Positions 1 through 10,288 are shown, numbered from the stretch's first letter. The stretch: DNA of 49,136 nucleotides from an uncultured Acidobacteriota bacterium (GCA_903828635.1 CAIKMY010000390.1:1-49136); one strand, 5' to 3'. Numbers and translations are program-made. Notes: generated from the sequence alone by a model not told the origin.

Positions 1-45
1 CCATTCTCCATTCTCCATTCCCCCTTTGACTTCGGGTAGTCGAAA

Positions 46-73
46 TTGACAGCGCTTTCGAGCGCGTGATAAT
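46..73 (+). promoter_or_regulatory. candidate sigma70-type promoter (TTGACA-N16-GATAAT) upstream of the S2P protease gene
   Basis: TTGACA at 46-51 and GATAAT at 68-73, about 35 nt upstream of the preferred start at 110. Sequence match only. Confidence 0.3.
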
Positions 74-109
74 GTAAATTTCTTTGCCTGAAGAATGGAG
101 GTGATTGTA

Positions 110-766
110 ATGGACGGTCTGAATCTCGGGTCGATTCTGATCTGGTTTGTGGTTTTTCTGTTGTCGCTGACCGTACACGAATGTGCGCATGCCTGGGCTG
201 CCGAGAGATCAGGCGATCCGACAGGGCGTTATCTTGGCCGGGTGACGCTCAACCCGATAGCACATATTGACCTCTTTGGGACGATCATCTTTCCACTGAT
301 TGCCATCACCACCTCGGTGGGAGCCTGGATGTTCGGATGGGCGAAGCCGGTTCCATTCAACCCTGGTAATCTTCGTAATCGTCGTCGCGGTGAGATTGTG
401 ATTGCCCTTGCCGGTCCGATGAGCAATGTCCTCCTTGTCATGATCTTTGTTTTCATCTACAAAGTCGCCTTCCAGACATCGCTCATACCGCAGAGCCTGC
501 TGGGTGAGTATTTCCAGCCACTGACCGAGTTTCTGGAGATTGGGATTTCGCTCAACATCATCCTTGCCGTTTTTAATATGATTCCGATACCTCCGCTTGA
601 CGGGCATCACGTGCTGCGCAACCTCCTGCCGGACAGCCTTGCCGAACTCTACGTGCAGATACCTGGCTGGGCCGGCTTCGTCCTGCTTATCGTGATGGTT
701 CAATTAGGGCTGACCAGAATGCTGACCATGCCGGTATTTAATGTCGTCAGTTGGATTCTGGAATAG
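110..766 (+). CDS. site-2 protease family (peptidase M50) membrane metalloprotease
   Basis: ORF track 95..766. HExxH (HECAH) plus the downstream NMIPIPPLDG motif, and several hydrophobic helices. The ATG at 110 is preceded by GGAGG (97-101), so it is preferred over 95. Confidence 0.85.
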   Translation: MDGLNLGSILIWFVVFLLSLTVHECAHAWAAERSGDPTGRYLGRVTLNPIAHIDLFGTIIFPLIAITTSVGAWMFGWAKPVPFNPGNLRNRRRGEIVIALAGPMSNVLLVMIFVFIYKVAFQTSLIPQSLLGEYFQPLTEFLEIGISLNIILAVFNMIPIPPLDGHHVLRNLLPDSLAELYVQIPGWAGFVLLIVMVQLGLTRMLTMPVFNVVSWILE

Positions 767-813
767 CCTCACGATAGTTCGGGGGAGAGTCTTTATCTTT
801 AATCTCGACAAAT

Positions 814-1800
<987 letters not shown>

Positions 1801-1836
1801 TCAGAGATCGTCGAGCAGAGCATCAGGTAACAATAA

Positions 1837-2702
<866 letters not shown>

Positions 2703-2706
<4 letters not shown>

Positions 2707-3479
2707 ACGACGAGATGCACGATTCACAGGATTCACAGGATTCACAGGATTCATTGGAAGATTTGTCTGCTCAGAATCATGAGCAGGAGCAGGAAACCGC
2801 AATGACACCCCATACTGATCCTGCTGCCCCGGGGGCGGAGCTGTCAGAACCCGAGGCAGTGGAACCAGAGGCCGTCGATTCCGGTGCTCCGGAGCCGGCG
2901 TTGCTGGTCGAGGAGCCCGCTGGAGAATCACTTGACGACGCCATCACCGCGACCCGCGAAGAGATCCGACCGGTGATTGAGTGCCTGCTCTTCGTCGCCG
3001 AGGAGCCACTGCCATTCAAACAGATCTGCAAGGTTCTCGGGACCGTGCCGGAAGAGGAGGTCAGTATTGCCCTCAACGATCTGATTGCCGAGTACGAGCA
3101 GCGCGGGAGCGGCCTGGAGATTCGCGAGGTCGCCGGTGGATGGCGCATCTCCACCCGCCCGCAGCATCACGATTTCATCCGCAAGTACCTCAAAACCCGA
3201 CCATCGGCCAGGCTCTCGCTTCCCGCGCTGGAGACGCTGGCGGTGATTGCCTACAAGCAGCCGATCACCATCCCCGAGATTCTCGATATCCGCGGTGTCA
3301 GTTCCAGTTCGGCAATCAAGACGCTTCTTGAAAAGAGGCTGATCGTCACCAAAGGGCGCAAGGAGACAGTCGGGCGACCGATGATGTACGGCACCTCACG
3401 AGAGTTCCTCATCCAGTTCGGTTTGCGTGACCTCGGTGAACTGCCAAGCATGGAGGACTTCGAGGATCTGGCGCAGTAG
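2703..3479 (+). CDS. scpB: segregation and condensation protein B, with a low-complexity acidic N-terminal extension
   Basis: The ECLLFVAEEPL...GWRISTRP...LETLAVIAYKQPIT core is typical of ScpB. The start overlaps the scpA stop (ATGA at 2703-2706). Confidence 0.9.
2721..2753 (+). repeat. in-frame 9-bp tandem repeat (gattcacag x3.7) encoding DSQDSQDSQDS
   Basis: Read directly from the sequence; lies inside the scpB N-terminal extension. Confidence 0.95.
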
Positions 3480-3512
3480 CGGGTAAAGAGAGCCGTCGAG
3501 AGTGAATCCCGG

Positions 3513-4445
3513 TCACTTCGCCGGCTGATCGATCATCCTGATGGCGGCCTCTGCCTCGCCTCTGACCTGCGGATCGCGGTCATTGGCGGCAATCTCGGAG
3601 AGGGCATCACGCGCCTCGGCCAGGCGCAGACTTCCCATTCGCTGCGCCATCCAGATCCGCATCATCGGCGAGCTGTGCCTTTTGAGGATGCCGATCATTT
3701 CGCGAGTTCCATTGCGAGTCTGTGTCAGCGCGGTAAATATCTCGTCGATCACCTTCAGCAGTGCCGGATTCTTTGTCTCCCCGAGATCGTGCAGAAAGGT
3801 GATTGCCTTATAGCAGTAGGTGTTGTCGCTGATATTATTGAGTGTGAGGATGGCGACGCCGCGCACCCGGAGTTCGTCCTCTCTGGTAATCTCTTTTCCT
3901 CCAGGATGAGCGATGCTGTTGAGGATCGTCGTTTTTGCCTTCTGATACCTGAAAGATGCCAGTGAACCGATCAGGGCCATCCGAATCTCTACCGCTTCAT
4001 CAAAAGCCTGGTCGACGAGAAAGTCGATTGATTCCGGGTCACCGAGGCGTCCAAGCCCCTCGATTGCCGCGACGCGGATTGCCAGCGAGGGATCACGCAG
4101 CAGGTCGATCAGCGGCCTTACCGCTCGCTGATTGCAACTCTCTCCCAGTTGCCGGACAAACCCGACTCGCTCCTTCTCCTGATTATCCTGCTCGCCAGCC
4201 CCGGAGATCGCCTGGCTGAGGGTGTCTTTCTCACCACCAGCAGCCGCCTTACCGTCAGCCCCGCTGCCGGCCGGAGTCAGGCTCGCGCACTGAGCCGCTA
4301 CCGTCCGGGGCGCAATCGTTTGACCGGGAACTGCCTGCCAGCTCATCGTCAACATGGTCATTGTTGTGAATATCGGTGCGAGCATTGCTGCCGCTGAGAC
4401 TGCCGACCATCGGCCACGCATCACCTTCTCTTTGCTTACTGCCAT
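3513..4445 (-). CDS. HEAT/PBS-lyase-like repeat protein, probably exported
   Basis: Repeated ...VRVAAIEGLGRLGDP... / ...DPQVRGEAEAAI... HEAT-like units. N-terminal hydrophobic signal-like segment. Confidence 0.7.
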   Translation of the reverse strand: MAVSKEKVMRGRWSAVSAAAMLAPIFTTMTMLTMSWQAVPGQTIAPRTVAAQCASLTPAGSGADGKAAAGGEKDTLSQAISGAGEQDNQEKERVGFVRQLGESCNQRAVRPLIDLLRDPSLAIRVAAIEGLGRLGDPESIDFLVDQAFDEAVEIRMALIGSLASFRYQKAKTTILNSIAHPGGKEITREDELRVRGVAILTLNNISDNTYCYKAITFLHDLGETKNPALLKVIDEIFTALTQTRNGTREMIGILKRHSSPMMRIWMAQRMGSLRLAEARDALSEIAANDRDPQVRGEAEAAIRMIDQPAK

Positions 4446-4507
4446 TTCTTCCTACCCTGACCTGGTTTCAGGTTCACTATTTATTGATTTCAGGGGCCCC
4501 GATCTTT

Positions 4508-4579
4508 CAGACTGCCAGACTGCCAGACTGCCAGACTGCCAGACTGCCAGACTGCCAGATTGCCAGATTGCCAGATTGT
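4508..4579. repeat. 8-bp tandem repeat array, cagactgc x6 then cagattg(c/t) x3
   Basis: Nine perfectly phased octamers fill 72 of the 136 nt between the stop of gene 4582..5988 and the start of gene 3513..4445. A tenth cagactgc lies 3 nt further on at 4583-4590. Confidence 0.95.
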
Positions 4580-4581
4580 GC

Positions 4582-5988
4582 TCAGACTGCATTATCCGGG
4601 TTATCCGGGCTGAGCAGCTTCATTGCCCGCAGCGCATGGGAGACCGCGATGACAATATCGCTGACAAACTTCGGATCCCACCGGTAGAAGCTGTCGAGGT
4701 CGCGGGCACGCAGCCTGACCATTGCCTCGAAAAGCTGTGCCTCCGCCGCCTGCATCCGCTTCTCCTGGACCATTGAGAAGGGAAACAGGTTGTGCAGCCG
4801 AATGTAATTGAGCGCCTCGAAGCCGTGCCCGTTCATCTTGATGAAGTTGTTGAGGCTGATGACGTCGATCAGATCTGCCGGAGGGCCTCCCGATCCACGT
4901 TTTCGGCCATCCGGTCCCACTCCCATCTGATCTATATACTTCTGCCCATACTGTCGCGCCGCGTCAGTCTCCCGCGCCAGGGCCTCGGCATCACGCTGCA
5001 GCCTCGTTATCAGGTGATCCTTTAACTCTGTCAGCCTCTCACTCAGCCCGTTGCCACGATAACCATGCCGATAACAGGAGAAGAAGCCGTAAAATGAGTG
5101 CATCCCATAACAGCTATACTTTGTAATCTTCTCGCGATAGGCTGTCGATTCTCCCTTTGGCGGCGCATCCGCGGCAAGCAGCAGCCGGCATACTCCCTCA
5201 TAGTCGGCCAGCCCACGATCGATCACCTCATTGAAGTCGATCTTTTCTCCCAGGGCATTGACCCATGTTGGCGCTGTCGGCGGCACGAGAATCGAGAAGG
5301 CGATCAGCCCCCACGGAAGATGCTCCTCCGGCAGTACCGGATCATAACGCCTCAGGTTGCCGGGGTCGAAACGAAAGAGTGCCCTGGCGCTCTCACCCAG
5401 ATCGCGCAACGTGTAACGGCTGCTGCCGACCGTGATCGGCTGTTCGAGGGCGACCCCTGCCTCAAGCATCGTCTTCAGGAAGCTGTTGTCGTGAACTTCA
5501 TGCTCGCGCGGAAAGCAGAGATGACGCTTTCCGCCAACCTCTCTCTCCGCCGCAAACCGCGAACAGAGGTAATCGACTGCCCCCGTCTTATCGTCCAATC
5601 TGAAGTTTCGACCGAATGCCCGCACGGCGTGAATCGTCGATGACGCATTTCTCAGACGTCGAGTGTAGTGGCTGACGATCTCACTCGCCGCACGTACTGC
5701 GTTCTCTCGCGTTGGCGTCAGCGTCTCCGGTGTCAATAAGCCTGACCTCTCAGTGCCATCCCCGTCCCTGCCATCACCTCCAAACCAGCCGGCACGGTAG
5801 CCCACCGCCGCCGCTGTCGCCAGCACCCCGATCCCGGCGGCACCTCCAATCAGCAGCTTGCGCCTCCCCCCGTCAGGGCCGCTCCGCCGGCTACCCCGCT
5901 CATTGCCTCCCCGCCCCACCTCACCCTTCGCTTCTCCACGCCCTCTCGTTCGCTCTGACATTGCTCTCTCTCTTCTCCCTTCTCCCAC
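4582..5988 (-). CDS. hypothetical protein (Arg/Gly-rich N-terminus, one predicted TM or signal-anchor helix, no domain recognised)
   Basis: Long ORF with coding-like composition. RRKLLIGGAAGIGVLATAAAV segment near the N-terminus. The true start may be the internal Met at 5961. Confidence 0.6.
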   Translation of the reverse strand: MGEGRRERAMSERTRGRGEAKGEVGRGGNERGSRRSGPDGGRRKLLIGGAAGIGVLATAAAVGYRAGWFGGDGRDGDGTERSGLLTPETLTPTRENAVRAASEIVSHYTRRLRNASSTIHAVRAFGRNFRLDDKTGAVDYLCSRFAAEREVGGKRHLCFPREHEVHDNSFLKTMLEAGVALEQPITVGSSRYTLRDLGESARALFRFDPGNLRRYDPVLPEEHLPWGLIAFSILVPPTAPTWVNALGEKIDFNEVIDRGLADYEGVCRLLLAADAPPKGESTAYREKITKYSCYGMHSFYGFFSCYRHGYRGNGLSERLTELKDHLITRLQRDAEALARETDAARQYGQKYIDQMGVGPDGRKRGSGGPPADLIDVISLNNFIKMNGHGFEALNYIRLHNLFPFSMVQEKRMQAAEAQLFEAMVRLRARDLDSFYRWDPKFVSDIVIAVSHALRAMKLLSPDNPDNAV

Positions 5989-6462
5989 TTGAACCGCCCA
6001 GGATGATAAAGTCGATTCACCTCTCAGAGCAATCTATTTTTTCATGGCTCACCCTGTCGCACCACCTGAGATGTACCCCCCCTGCCTCCACACTCTTCGC
6101 TCCTGATCAATCCACGTTGATACCCAGGTCGATACTGCAGAAGATTATTTAATACTAATTTTAAACAAAGCAACAGCCGGATCGTTTAACACATCTGAAC
6201 GCCGGATTAAATGAGTGTGGAAACGAGAGACGAGTTGAGACTGGTTGGGGGGCGTATTTAACAGGCAGCGGGACTCTCACCTGTTAAAAATTGTTGGTCA
6301 CCCAGCATTGACAACAGAATACTGAGTAAAGAAAAAGGAAAGATCCGGCGACAGCAGCGTTCTATATTGGCGTCGAGCCTGAGACGCTCATGAGTGACGC
6401 CTTGAATGCAGAGATGTGAGGGATGAAATAACCTTATTCTTATTGAAGATAGAGGAGGGCAA

Positions 6463-6726
6463 ATGAACCTGCGAATCAGGGATGAGCTGCAGTTAAAGAG
6501 ATATCGGAAGCTTTCGCCGGCGAAGAAGCGCGTCGTGGATGAGATTCTTGGTCGCCATCTGAAGGCCTGCAAGAGGGAGAAGGTGGAGCCGGAGGTCGAA
6601 GCGACGTTTCGTGAGGCGATCGATATTGCTCTGGCGGGTAGTTGGGAGCCGGACAAGCCAATCGAGGTCGAGGGGCCCAGATGGCAGTACGATGTTTATG
6701 TCTCCCCCTCGAAAGAGGCCGCATAG
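6463..6726 (+). CDS. small hypothetical protein (87 aa, charged)
   Basis: ATG preceded by AGAGGAGGG (spacing about 4 nt). Isolated in a 1.1-kb gene-poor gap. No family recognised. Confidence 0.45.
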   Translation: MNLRIRDELQLKRYRKLSPAKKRVVDEILGRHLKACKREKVEPEVEATFREAIDIALAGSWEPDKPIEVEGPRWQYDVYVSPSKEAA

Positions 6727-6912
6727 AGTTTAGTCGGAACTCCGGTTTGCCAATGCAGGCGGACCGGAGATCTCAGAGGCTGGCTGGAAATTGACAGGTG
6801 CTATTTCCGGCGCTCTCCGGGGATTAGAGCTGCATACAGTTTAATAACGCTTTCGACACCACAGTCGCGAACAATCTTCCGATTATTGTCGGAGTAATGT
6901 AAGTCGCGGGAA

Positions 6913-7017
6913 GGTATTGCCCTTCCTGAGTCGTCAGGACGAACCGTTGAATGAGATGCCTGGGGGGGCTTCGCATTTAGTCCGGTTTTCGCCCGACGGC
7001 TCAGGAAGGGCAATACT
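6913..7017. repeat. long inverted repeat forming a ~22-bp stem with a 59-nt loop (candidate terminator or structured RNA)
   Basis: 6914-6930 gtattgcccttcctgag is the exact reverse complement of 7000-7016. Pairing extends through 6931-6935/6995-6999 with one G:U. The right arm is followed by tgtttt. Confidence 0.7.
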
Positions 7018-7106
7018 GTTTTGAGGAATGAGGAGTCAGACAGCAGGAGAGAAGAGAGGCGATGCTGTGTGTGTAAGACCTGCTGGCTGACGAAGTCTGA
7101 GGGGGG

Positions 7107-7937
7107 TCAGTCGAGGTATTTGACGAAGATGAGTTCGTTTCTTCGCTCGTTGTAGACGAGTTCATCGACCAGCTGATTGGTGAGAAGAATCCCGAAGCCA
7201 CCGGCGCGCAGGCCTTTCTCATTGCGAATGGTCACGTGACGGAATGGGTCATAATCGGGATTGCTGACGGCGGCGTGGGGCAGCTGGCCGGGATCAAATC
7301 CCGGGCCGGGATCCTTGATCCGAAAGATGATCGCTCGTTTAAGGCGAATCGAGGCGACTTCGACAAAGCTCGCCGGGTTGAGGTTGCCTCCGTGTTCAAT
7401 GGCATTATTGAGCATTTCGCGGAAGGCATAGGAGACAGCGTCGCGTGTCTCCTCGGGAAGATCGGCCTCAAGCTGCACCAGCAGCTTCTGGAGGAGAGGG
7501 ACGGCATTGAGGTCGCATGGGACACGCAGTTCAACCCAGTGAGGTTGAGCGGAAATGACCTCGATTTCAGGGATGAGGCAGAGGCCGAGTGCCCCCTCGA
7601 TGGCGGCCACAAGCTCGGCAACGGTGAAGGGCTTGACGAGCAGGTCGCAGACCTTGCCGTGAAGGGCGGCGATGGCGGCTGCCGGCGTGCCGCGATCTGA
7701 CATGAGGATGGTCCTGACGCCGGGGAAGAGGAGGCGAATCTCCCGGAGCAGGTTCAGGCTGTCGTAATTCGTCGGGTCGGCTCCGAAGAGCACGAGGTCG
7801 ACGTGGGCTTCAGCAATGATCGAGAGTACTGCCGACTGCTCGCTGGCGTGCAACAATCGGTGGTCGCTGCTGCTCAGACCACTCTCGATCTCACGATACG
7901 GACCGACATCGTCATCAACGACGAGGATCGTGCTCAT
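7107..7937 (-). CDS. response-regulator receiver domain fused to an RsbW/SpoIIAB-like HATPase_c domain
   Basis: N-terminal ILVVDDD...LVKPF receiver fold. C-terminal N-box EMLNNAIEHG, G1 DPGPGF and G2 GGFGI motifs. Confidence 0.85.
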   Translation of the reverse strand: MSTILVVDDDVGPYREIESGLSSSDHRLLHASEQSAVLSIIAEAHVDLVLFGADPTNYDSLNLLREIRLLFPGVRTILMSDRGTPAAAIAALHGKVCDLLVKPFTVAELVAAIEGALGLCLIPEIEVISAQPHWVELRVPCDLNAVPLLQKLLVQLEADLPEETRDAVSYAFREMLNNAIEHGGNLNPASFVEVASIRLKRAIIFRIKDPGPGFDPGQLPHAAVSNPDYDPFRHVTIRNEKGLRAGGFGILLTNQLVDELVYNERRNELIFVKYLD

Positions 7938-7942
7938 CCTTT

Positions 7943-7978
7943 CTCCCCTTCGTATCTTCTCTCCCCTTAGTATCTTCT
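7943..7978. repeat. 18-bp tandem duplication (ctccccttcgtatcttct / ctccccttagtatcttct) directly upstream of the response-regulator start; each copy carries an SD-like GGGGAG on the minus strand
   Basis: Read directly; one mismatch between the copies. Confidence 0.9.
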
Positions 7979-8025
7979 CAGACCTGCCACAAACTCAGAC
8001 CTGCCACAAACTCAGACCTGCCACA
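7979..8025. repeat. 17-bp tandem repeat cagacctgccacaaact x2.8
   Basis: Units at 7979-7995, 7996-8012 and a partial unit at 8013-8025. On the minus strand it reads TGGCAGGTCTGAGTTTG. Confidence 0.95.
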
Positions 8026-8229
8026 CCACTCAAGGCCGTTCATTCCCGTTGTGATACCCTGCCGCAGTGCCCGTCGCTTTCTTTTTCACCAGCCATTTTT
8101 GACCAGTCATATTTCACCATTCACAAAGATCACTCTTCATTATGCCTTCCGCTGGTGACTTTGACCAGTGGCTGCAATTGCAGGTTGGCTGCTTGCCTGC
8201 GCGAGTGATGCTGCTATAATAAAAACTTT

Positions 8230-8303
8230 GCTCCCGTAGCTCAGTCGGATAGAGCATCTGCCTTCTAAGCAGGGGGTCGCAAGTTCGAGTCTTGCCGGGA
8301 GTA
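8230..8303 (+). tRNA. tRNA-Arg (anticodon TCT)
   Basis: Cloverleaf folded by hand: acceptor gctcccg/cgggagt (G1:U72), D arm gctc-agtcggata-gagc, anticodon arm tctgc-cTTCTaa-gcagg, variable gggtc, T arm gcaag-ttcgagt-cttgc, discriminator a. No encoded CCA. Confidence 0.9.
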
Positions 8304-8407
8304 TTCTCAGGTTTCGGGTACCAGAGCATGCGTAATCGGGTCGCACCCACGTCACCTGCTCTGGTTTGTTGGTATGGCCATTTTCTCTTTTCCGGGTGGT
8401 AAGCGCT

Positions 8408-9466
8408 ATGCGGTATCTTGTTTATGGAGCTGGCGCCCTGGGCAGTCTGATTGGCGGACGGCTGGCGGTGGCTGGCGCTGAGGTGTTGCTGATCGGACGT
8501 CCTGACCACGTTGAGGCAATCAACCTTGCCGGTCTGGAGATCAGGGGGGAAGATGGTGCCCGGGTGGTGCGGGAGATCGGTGCGGTGGCATCGCTGAGCA
8601 GTATTGATGTCCTGCCGGGCGATCGGATTCTGCTGGCGGTCAAGACGGCGGAGGTGCCGAAATCGCTGCACGATCTGCGCGACATTTATCCGGAGACGAC
8701 TCCTGTCTTTTGTCTGCAAAATGGTGTGCGCAGTGAGGAGTATGCCGCCCGTCGCTTCCTGAGCGTTTTCGGGGTCTCAGCCGGACTCTGTGTCAACATG
8801 CCCGGGGCGGGGATCATCTCCTTGAACTTTCGCAACGACATCGCCATTGGTGGATATCCGCTTGGGTGCGAATCACCAGGACGAGAGCTGGCGGCCGATC
8901 TCGATCGTGCCGGTTTCAGGGTGAGCCTCTCCAATTCGATTATGGCGGTCAAGTGGGCCAAACTGGTGCTCAATCTCAATAACGCCACGCTGGCGATACT
9001 CGGCCTTCATCTGCAACTGGCGATGCTGCTGCCCGACGTTGCCCGCTTCATGGCCGAAGTCGAGGAGGAGGCGCTGAGGACTCTTGCTGCCGCCGGGATC
9101 TCGATCGATGATCGTGACAGTTCATCGGACAGTTCCGGTCTTTATGACCTGCCGGGTCACATTGCCGCACTGCGCGCGGTTGTTGAAGATCCCGCGGCCA
9201 TTGCCATTGCTGCCACGCTTCCCGATGACCGCCGCGCCCATACCTCGACCTGGACCGATCTCCGCCAGGAACGTGGCACCACTGAAGCCGGCTATTTCAA
9301 TGGTGAGATCGTTCTTCTTGGCGAGAAGCACTCCGTTCCGACTCCGTATAACTCGACACTGCTCTATACAATTGAACGCATGGCCGATCAGCGTACCCCT
9401 CCGGGCAGCCTCTCACTCGCCAGCTTGCGTGACCTTGTCGCCGAGCGTCAGCAAGAGGCAGGCTGA
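8408..9466 (+). CDS. ketopantoate reductase (ApbA/PanE) family oxidoreductase
   Basis: N-terminal Rossmann motif MRYLVYGAGALGSLIGGRL. The ATG at 8408 is preferred over 8366, which lies close to the tRNA. Confidence 0.75.
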   Translation: MRYLVYGAGALGSLIGGRLAVAGAEVLLIGRPDHVEAINLAGLEIRGEDGARVVREIGAVASLSSIDVLPGDRILLAVKTAEVPKSLHDLRDIYPETTPVFCLQNGVRSEEYAARRFLSVFGVSAGLCVNMPGAGIISLNFRNDIAIGGYPLGCESPGRELAADLDRAGFRVSLSNSIMAVKWAKLVLNLNNATLAILGLHLQLAMLLPDVARFMAEVEEEALRTLAAAGISIDDRDSSSDSSGLYDLPGHIAALRAVVEDPAAIAIAATLPDDRRAHTSTWTDLRQERGTTEAGYFNGEIVLLGEKHSVPTPYNSTLLYTIERMADQRTPPGSLSLASLRDLVAERQQEAG

Positions 9467-9585
9467 CACGTTCGAGTCGCTTTCCGCCGGGACACGCAGT
9501 AGTTGCCACAGGGGCCTGCCGGGAGTGCCATCATCCGACTTTCTTTGATCTGATAAGAAAATTTCAGAGATGTTTGTTAAAGCCA

Positions 9586-9614
9586 TTGCAATTGCTGCGG
9601 GAATGGTGCATATT
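9586..9614 (+). promoter_or_regulatory. candidate promoter TTGCAA-N17-CATATT giving a ~260-nt leader for the RRM protein gene
   Basis: Hexamers at 9586-9591 and 9609-9614. The leader contains an 8-bp hairpin gcgcatca-acgg-tgatgcgc at 9636-9655. Confidence 0.25.
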
Positions 9615-9627
9615 CTGTTTTGTCTAT

Positions 9628-9661
<34 letters not shown>

Positions 9662-9872
9662 CTGTTGGGTTCCCCGGTAAGTTATCCGGAGATGTCATCA
9701 GGGTTGCGAGGTCGTTTTCAGATGGTTCGAGAGCAGGTTGGTCATAAACTCTGAAGCTGCTCGATGAGAGCTATCGAACAAGTGCCTTCAATGCGACCGT
9801 TCACTGAGGCCATTAGGTTTTCGAAGCTTCTTTCAACCTCCTGAGGGAGGGGAAGGTCTAAAGGTCTATCTG

Positions 9873-10238
9873 ATGTCAATGAAACTCTATGTTGGTAATT
9901 TGTCGTTTAAGACGACGGGAGAGCATCTCGAGGATCTCTTCAGCCAGGTTGGCCAGGTGGAGTCGGCGACGGTGGTCACCGATCGTGACACTGGTCGTTC
10001 GCGCGGATTTGGTTTCGTCGAGATGGCGAGCAGCGAGGAAGGGAACGCGGCGATCGCCAAGTTCAACGGCGCTGAGGTTGCAGGCCGCAACCTGACGGTC
10101 AACGAGGCCCGGCCGCGTGAGGATCGTGGCGGCGGCGGCGGTGGATTCGGCGGCGGCGGTGGCGGTCGTCGTTGCGGCGGCGGCGGCGGCGGTGGACGTG
10201 GCGGCGGTTATGGCGGCGGTCGTTCGTCGCGTTACTGA
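9873..10238 (+). CDS. RRM-type RNA-binding protein with Gly/Arg-rich tail
   Basis: RNP2 LYVGNL and RNP1 RGFGFVEM. The C-terminal [15 protein letters not shown]...RGGGYGGGR is encoded by (GGC)n-like DNA at about 10126-10220. Confidence 0.9.
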   Translation: MSMKLYVGNLSFKTTGEHLEDLFSQVGQVESATVVTDRDTGRSRGFGFVEMASSEEGNAAIAKFNGAEVAGRNLTVNEARPREDRGGGGGGFGGGGGGRRCGGGGGGGRGGGYGGGRSSRY

Positions 10239-10252
10239 TCGGTAAGTTCAAA

Positions 10253-10288
10253 GGCCCCGGGCATCGATCAAATGTCCGGGGCCTTTTG
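10253..10288 (+). terminator. rho-independent terminator after the RRM gene
   Basis: ggccccgg (10253-10260) pairs with ccggggcc (10276-10283), followed by tttt (10284-10287). Confidence 0.7.

Noticed and set aside
4508-4579. Possible CRISPR array (also considered for 7943..8025)
   Set aside because: The units are 8-18 nt and directly abut one another with no spacers. No cas genes are in the window. These are simple tandem repeats.
4508-8025. TGGCA-containing repeats as sigma54 (-24/-12) promoters
   Set aside because: With TGGCA set at -24, the position 11-12 nt downstream does not give TTGC(A/T) in either the octamer or the 17-mer register.
8230-8303. tRNA-Arg as an integration hotspot for a genomic island
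   Set aside because: No integrase, no direct repeat of the tRNA 3' end, and no compositional shift in the flanking genes.
8114-8719. Minus-strand ORFs 8114..8719 and 8140..8355
   Set aside because: They run straight through the tRNA-Arg gene and the start of the ketopantoate-reductase-family gene. No motifs.
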